From assembly GCA_964016885.1 (NCBI GenBank), contig OZ024741.1:265794001-265858000 (forward strand): DNA of 64,000 nt. The letters run 5' to 3'. The position numbers and the translations under genes are program-made. How positions within the stretch are numbered: the first letter of the stretch is position 1; each line of letters starts with the position of its first letter. The notes under the pieces were generated by a model. The model searched no databases and was not told where the DNA came from. It worked only from the letters and a program-made list of their open reading frames with translations. The stretch is from Eledone cirrhosa. Taxonomy: Eukaryota. Shown piece after piece: positions 58,960 to 64,000 of the stretch.

Positions 58960-61335
58960 CTCACATCCCACACACTCATACATACACACACATATACACA
59001 CACATACACACATATACATATACATACACACATATACATATACATACACATGCCATCACACATACATGCAAACGCACACACACGCATGCGCATATATACA
59101 TATACATACACACAAGTACATACACATGCCATCACACATACATGCAAACACACACACACGCATACACATATATACATATACATACACACAAGTACATACA
59201 CGTGCCATCACACATACATGCAAACGGACACACACGCATACACACATATACATATACATACACACAAGTACATACACATACACATATATACATGAACATA
59301 TACACGTATACACATATATATATATGCGTACATATATTTATACTTACACACACATATTAACATACACACACCCACATACACATACACACACATATTAACA
59401 TACACGCATATACATACACCCACATATTCATACATATACATACACACATATATACATACACACATATACATACACACGCATATACATACACACACATATA
59501 CATGCACAGATATATACATACACACACATATACATGCACACACATATATATATACACATATACATACACACACATATACATATGCACACACATATTTACA
59601 CGTGCTGTACAATAATATTCCTTACGTTTTAATCAATATCTGAGATCGTAAGTCGTAACATAAAAAATGTGTAATAACTTCCGGGCGTGAGAAGAAGAGC
59701 AACAACAACAACAACAGTAACAGCAACAACAGTAACAACAACAACAACAGTAAAAACAACAACAACAACAGTAACAACAACAGTAAAAACAACAACAGTA
59801 AAAACAACAACAACAGTAAAAACAACAACAACAGTAAAAACAACAACAACAGTAACAACAACAACAACAGTAAAAACAACAACAACAGTAACAACAACAA
59901 CAACAGTAAAAACAACAACAGTAAAAACAACAACAACAGCAACAACAACAACAGTAACAACAACAGTAACAACAACAACAGTAACAACAACAACAGCAAC
60001 AACAACAACAACAGTAACAACAACAGTAAAAACATCAACAGTATTAACAACAACAACAACAACAACAGTAACAACAACAACAACAGTAACAACAACAACA
60101 ACAACAACAACAGTAACAACAACAACAGTAACAACAGTAACAACAGTAACAGCAACAACAACAACAGTAACAACAACAACAACAGTAACAACAGCAACAG
60201 TAACAACAACAACAACAGTAACAACAACAACAGCAGTAACAACAACAGCAGTAACAACAACAACAGTAACAACAACAACAGTAAAAACAACAACAACAGT
60301 AACAACAACATCAACAGTAACAACAACAACAACACTAACAACAACAAGAACAGTAACAACAGTAACAACAACAACAACACTAACAACAACAACAACAGTA
60401 ACAACAGTAACAATAACAACAACAGTAACAGCAACAACAACAACAGTAACAACAACAGTAACAACAGTAACAACAACAACAACAGTAACAACAACAACAG
60501 TAACAATAACAACAGTAACAACAACAACAACAGCAATAACACCACCAACACCAGCACCACAACCACCACAACCACCAACACCACCACCACCATTACCACC
60601 ACACCCAACACCACCACCACAACCAATACCACCACCACCACCATTACCACCACATGCACCACCACCATTACCACCACAACCAACACCACCACCACCACCA
60701 CCATTACCACCACAACCATCACCACCACCATTACCATTGCAACCACAACCACCAACACCACCACCACAACCAACACCACCACCACAACCACCATTACCAC
60801 CACAAGCATCACCATCATTACCACCACAACCATCACCACCACCATTACCATTGCAACCACAACCACCAAAACCACCACCACCCCTATTACCACCACAACC
60901 AACACCATCACAACCATAGCCACCATCACCACTTTTACCATCACAACCAACACCACTACCATTACAACCACAACTAACACCACCACCACCACCACCACCA
61001 TTATCTCCACAACCAACACCACAACCACCACAACCATCACCACCACCACCACCACCACCACCATTACCATCACAACCAACACCACAACTACCTCTATCAC
61101 AACCCTAGACACCACCTCCACCATTACCATCACAACCAGCACCACAATCACCACCACCAACATCACTATCACTACTACCATCACCACCACCACCACCAGG
61201 TCCACCGCCACCATCAACACCAACACCACCACCACCACCATCACCACCACCATCACCACCACCACTACGTCCACCACCACCATCAATACCATCACCACCA
61301 CTACCACCACCACCACCACCAACACCACCAACCAC
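58960..61335. repeat. (CA/CATA)n, (AAC/AGT)n and (ACC)n compound tracts
   Basis: Direct inspection. These produce the 569-aa and 410-aa low-complexity ORFs. Confidence 0.9.
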
Positions 61336-61572
61336 TAATTAATTAGCTCTAATTATTAGAATATTAAATGAGTAATTTGTAAAAATGGTGTTTGTACTTC
61401 ACATCTGGCCTGGGTCTATTGGTAACATAGCACGGATCTGAAGCACTCTACCTCTGTATATCTACCTGTCTGTCTTTCTATCTACCTGTCTGTCTGTCTG
61501 TTTATCTAGCCATCCATACCCACATATCTATCTATCTATCTTATCTATCTATCTTATCTATCTATCTATCTA

Positions 61573-61716
61573 TTTTTTATTATTTTTATTTATTTTTTAT
61601 TTTTATACTTTTATATCTTGTTATTGCCTCCTCCTTATTGAGGACGCCTTTGCATGTAAACTCCCCCCTTTGTACTTGTCCCACTTTTGATGCCCTGGTG
61701 GCAAATAAAAAGAAAG

Positions 61717-61780
<64 letters not shown>

Positions 61781-62385
61781 ACATTTTACACGTTTTTATT
61801 GTATGTAAACTTCCCCCTTTGTATTTGTCCCCTTCTTTTGTGCCCCTGTGGCTAATAAAGAAACATATCTATCTATCTATCTATCTATTAAATAAAGAAC
61901 AACTGATTCGTTTTTTCAAATATCATTTTGGAAGAAGAATCAGGATGGAGAGAGGTGCTGTACCCCAGCAAATTTTATAAAAGGTGGGTGAATGTGGCAA
62001 AGATGGCCCGAGTGGTTGGGCCTTCTCTCTATATAAGCCAGTAGGTTGAGGAAAAAGAGGAAGAGGGGAAGGGAGTACTCACTCTTGGTGCTCCTGGAGT
62101 TTAGGGTTGTACATTTTCTCGGGGTGTGTACAACCCCTGTGTTACGCCTCCCCCCTATTGGGGATTTCAATTGTTATTTGTTATTTTATTAATAGTTTTA
62201 TTTTCATATACCTGTATGTAAACTCCCCATTTGTATTTGTCCCCTTCTTTTGTGCCCTTGTGGCTAATAAAGAAATTTATCTATCTCTTTTTACACGCCT
62301 TGTATGTAAACTCCCCAATTGTATTTGTCCCCATCTTTTGTGCTCTTGTGGCTAATAAAGAAATTTATCTATCAAATAAAGAAAT
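61573..62385 (+). mobile_element. Second cluster of Tx1-like 3' ends in (TCTA)n
   Basis: Copies at ~61573-61717, 61781-61863, 61897-62274 and 62288-62363. QLIRFFKYHFGRRIRMER; tgtggctaataaagaaa ends. Confidence 0.85.
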
Positions 62386-62491
62386 ATATCTATTTATCTA
62401 TATAGTAGCAGAATGGCCCGGCGTTGCTCGGGATTCTAAACATAGATTGGCATGTTTATATTATTTATAAAACATTATAGCAAGAATATAA

Positions 62492-62680
62492 ATAATTGTT
62501 TCTACTTTGGGTACAAGGCCAGCAATTATCTCAGTGTATTACTGGTACTTTATTTTATCGACCCCGTAAGGATGAAAGGCAAAGTTAACCTCGGCGGAAT
62601 ATGAACTCAGACCATAAAGGGCCGTAACTCTTTGCTGCAAAGCATGGCGCCCGACCCTCTACCGTTACTGCCAATCCACC
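62492..62680 (-). mobile_element. SINE family A
   Basis: Matches the other copies. Confidence 0.85.
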
Positions 62681-62944
62681 AGCAGAGAATATGCAATAAA
62701 TGTAAGACAATTGTGTAGTGAGAGTATACATATAGGTGTTATAAGATATATTAGTTATAGGCGAAAAGATTTAGGTGAAAAGTTTTATAATGTTAGTCAT
62801 AAAGTTTATGTAGAAAATGGTAATATCTATAGTTGTGAAGTGTTATTTCTGTTCTGTAGTATATCTGATAGATATTTTACATTGAACTAATAATCTTAAG
62901 GGTAATCGGGTAATACACAATATTACCCGTATCTTATTTATAAT

Positions 62945-62975
<31 letters not shown>

Positions 62976-62999
62976 AGTATAACTATTATTATTATTATT

Positions 63000-63494
63000 C
63001 TTTGAGTCTCAGTCATTGATGTTATTTAACTGGAAAGTTTGTTGAAATGAATATCAAGCCGCTACCTGCAGCCTCAGGACGTATCGCAGGGTTCTTGTTG
63101 TTCCCAGCAAGCAAGCTTTTGAAGTGTTCCAAAAAGCGGGGCTGGACTAATCTTCTTTAACCATGCTTGGAAACTCATTGAGATAGTACCTAGTGCGCCT
63201 ATGACAATCGGGACCACTTTGACCTCATGGCAGTTCCAAATCCTTTTTACCTCCCACTTTAAGTCCTGGTATCGGTTAATTTTCTCCCTCTCCTTTTCTT
63301 GCACTCTCGTGTCAAATGGGCAGGCTACATCTACAATCAGGCACGATCTTTTTTCCTTGTCCAAAACCACCATGTCAGGCCTATTGTGTTCCAGTTTCTT
63401 GTCCGTCTGTATCCTAAAATCCCATAGTCCCTTCACCTAATCGTTTTCTATCACCGACTCTGGCTTATGCTCATACCACTTCTCAGAATGTGGT
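63000..63494 (-). pseudogene. R4/Dong-like RLE 3' fragment in (AAT)n
   Basis: KWYEHKPESVIEND..LWDFRIQTDKKLEHNRPDMVV..LIVDVACP..EKINRYQDL..VPIVIGALG. (AAT)n lies on both sides. Confidence 0.9.
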
Positions 63495-63590
63495 ATTATT
63501 ATTATTATTATTTCATCCTTACGGGGTCGATAAAATAAAGTACCAGTAATGCACTGGGTAATTGCTGGCCTTGTGCCTAAAGTAGAAACA

Positions 63591-63621
<31 letters not shown>

Positions 63622-63622
<1 letters not shown>

Positions 63623-63820
63623 GTGGCCTTTTAATGGGCTTTCACCACAAATGTCCCTCGGAAGTCTCCCCCCTATTGGGGAATTTTTCATTGTTATTTT
63701 TTTGTTACATCCTCTGTTTTTGTTTTTTACACGCAGAAATGCCCATTTGTACCGTCCTGTATTGTCCTGTACTGTCCTTAATGTCTACTTTATGTAAACC
63801 CTTGTGGTTAATAAAGAAAG

Positions 63821-63821
<1 letters not shown>
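63622..63821 (+). mobile_element. Tx1-like 3' UTR fragment in (ATT)n
   Basis: Shares ctcccccctattgggga, tatgtaaa and cccttgtgg.taataaagaaa with the (TCTA)n family. It lies in the tail of a partial SINE-A (63511-63590). Confidence 0.7.
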
Positions 63822-63889
<68 letters not shown>

Positions 63890-64000
63890 CGGTATCTTTG
63901 CACTGAATTAATTAAAAGTTGGTTAGAAGCGAAGTCAATGCAGACAGGCAGCCAGACAGACAGATATTATAAGCGTGCGACGTTATAGCTATGTATCTAA

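Noticed and set aside
59622-61331. 569-aa and 410-aa ORFs, and other long poly-V/L/T/H/YI ORFs (e.g. 33835-35295, 14471-15586)
   Set aside because: These are translations of stop-free microsatellites and minisatellites with no domain content.

Overview
Repeat-saturated, AT-rich animal genomic DNA. The SINE families and microsatellite load suggest an octopus or other coleoid cephalopod (inference). No host gene can be called with confidence, and most ORFs in the track are microsatellite artefacts. The one long real ORF (2007-3776) is the RT + GIY-YIG protein of a young, 5'-truncated Penelope-like element (PLE) with a ~783-bp inverted pLTR copy. The rest is a community of mobile elements: (i) many short PLE remnants beside (TA)n, carrying about 20 complete, degenerate or half type-I hammerhead ribozyme (HHR) motifs, including a family with a fixed non-canonical CCGAAGA core and several palindromes folded back on HHR stem II; (ii) two clusters of Tx1/L1-like 3' ends stacked in (TCTA)n, plus a relative in (ATT)n; (iii) R4/Dong-like RLE fragments at (AAT)n, (ATT)n and (CATA)n; (iv) RTE and CR1/L2 fragments and a putative bipartite RTE derivative; (v) tRNA-derived SINEs, some of which seeded minisatellites; (vi) hAT MITEs and Helitron ends. 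All structures were read by eye, and boundaries are approximate to a few bases.
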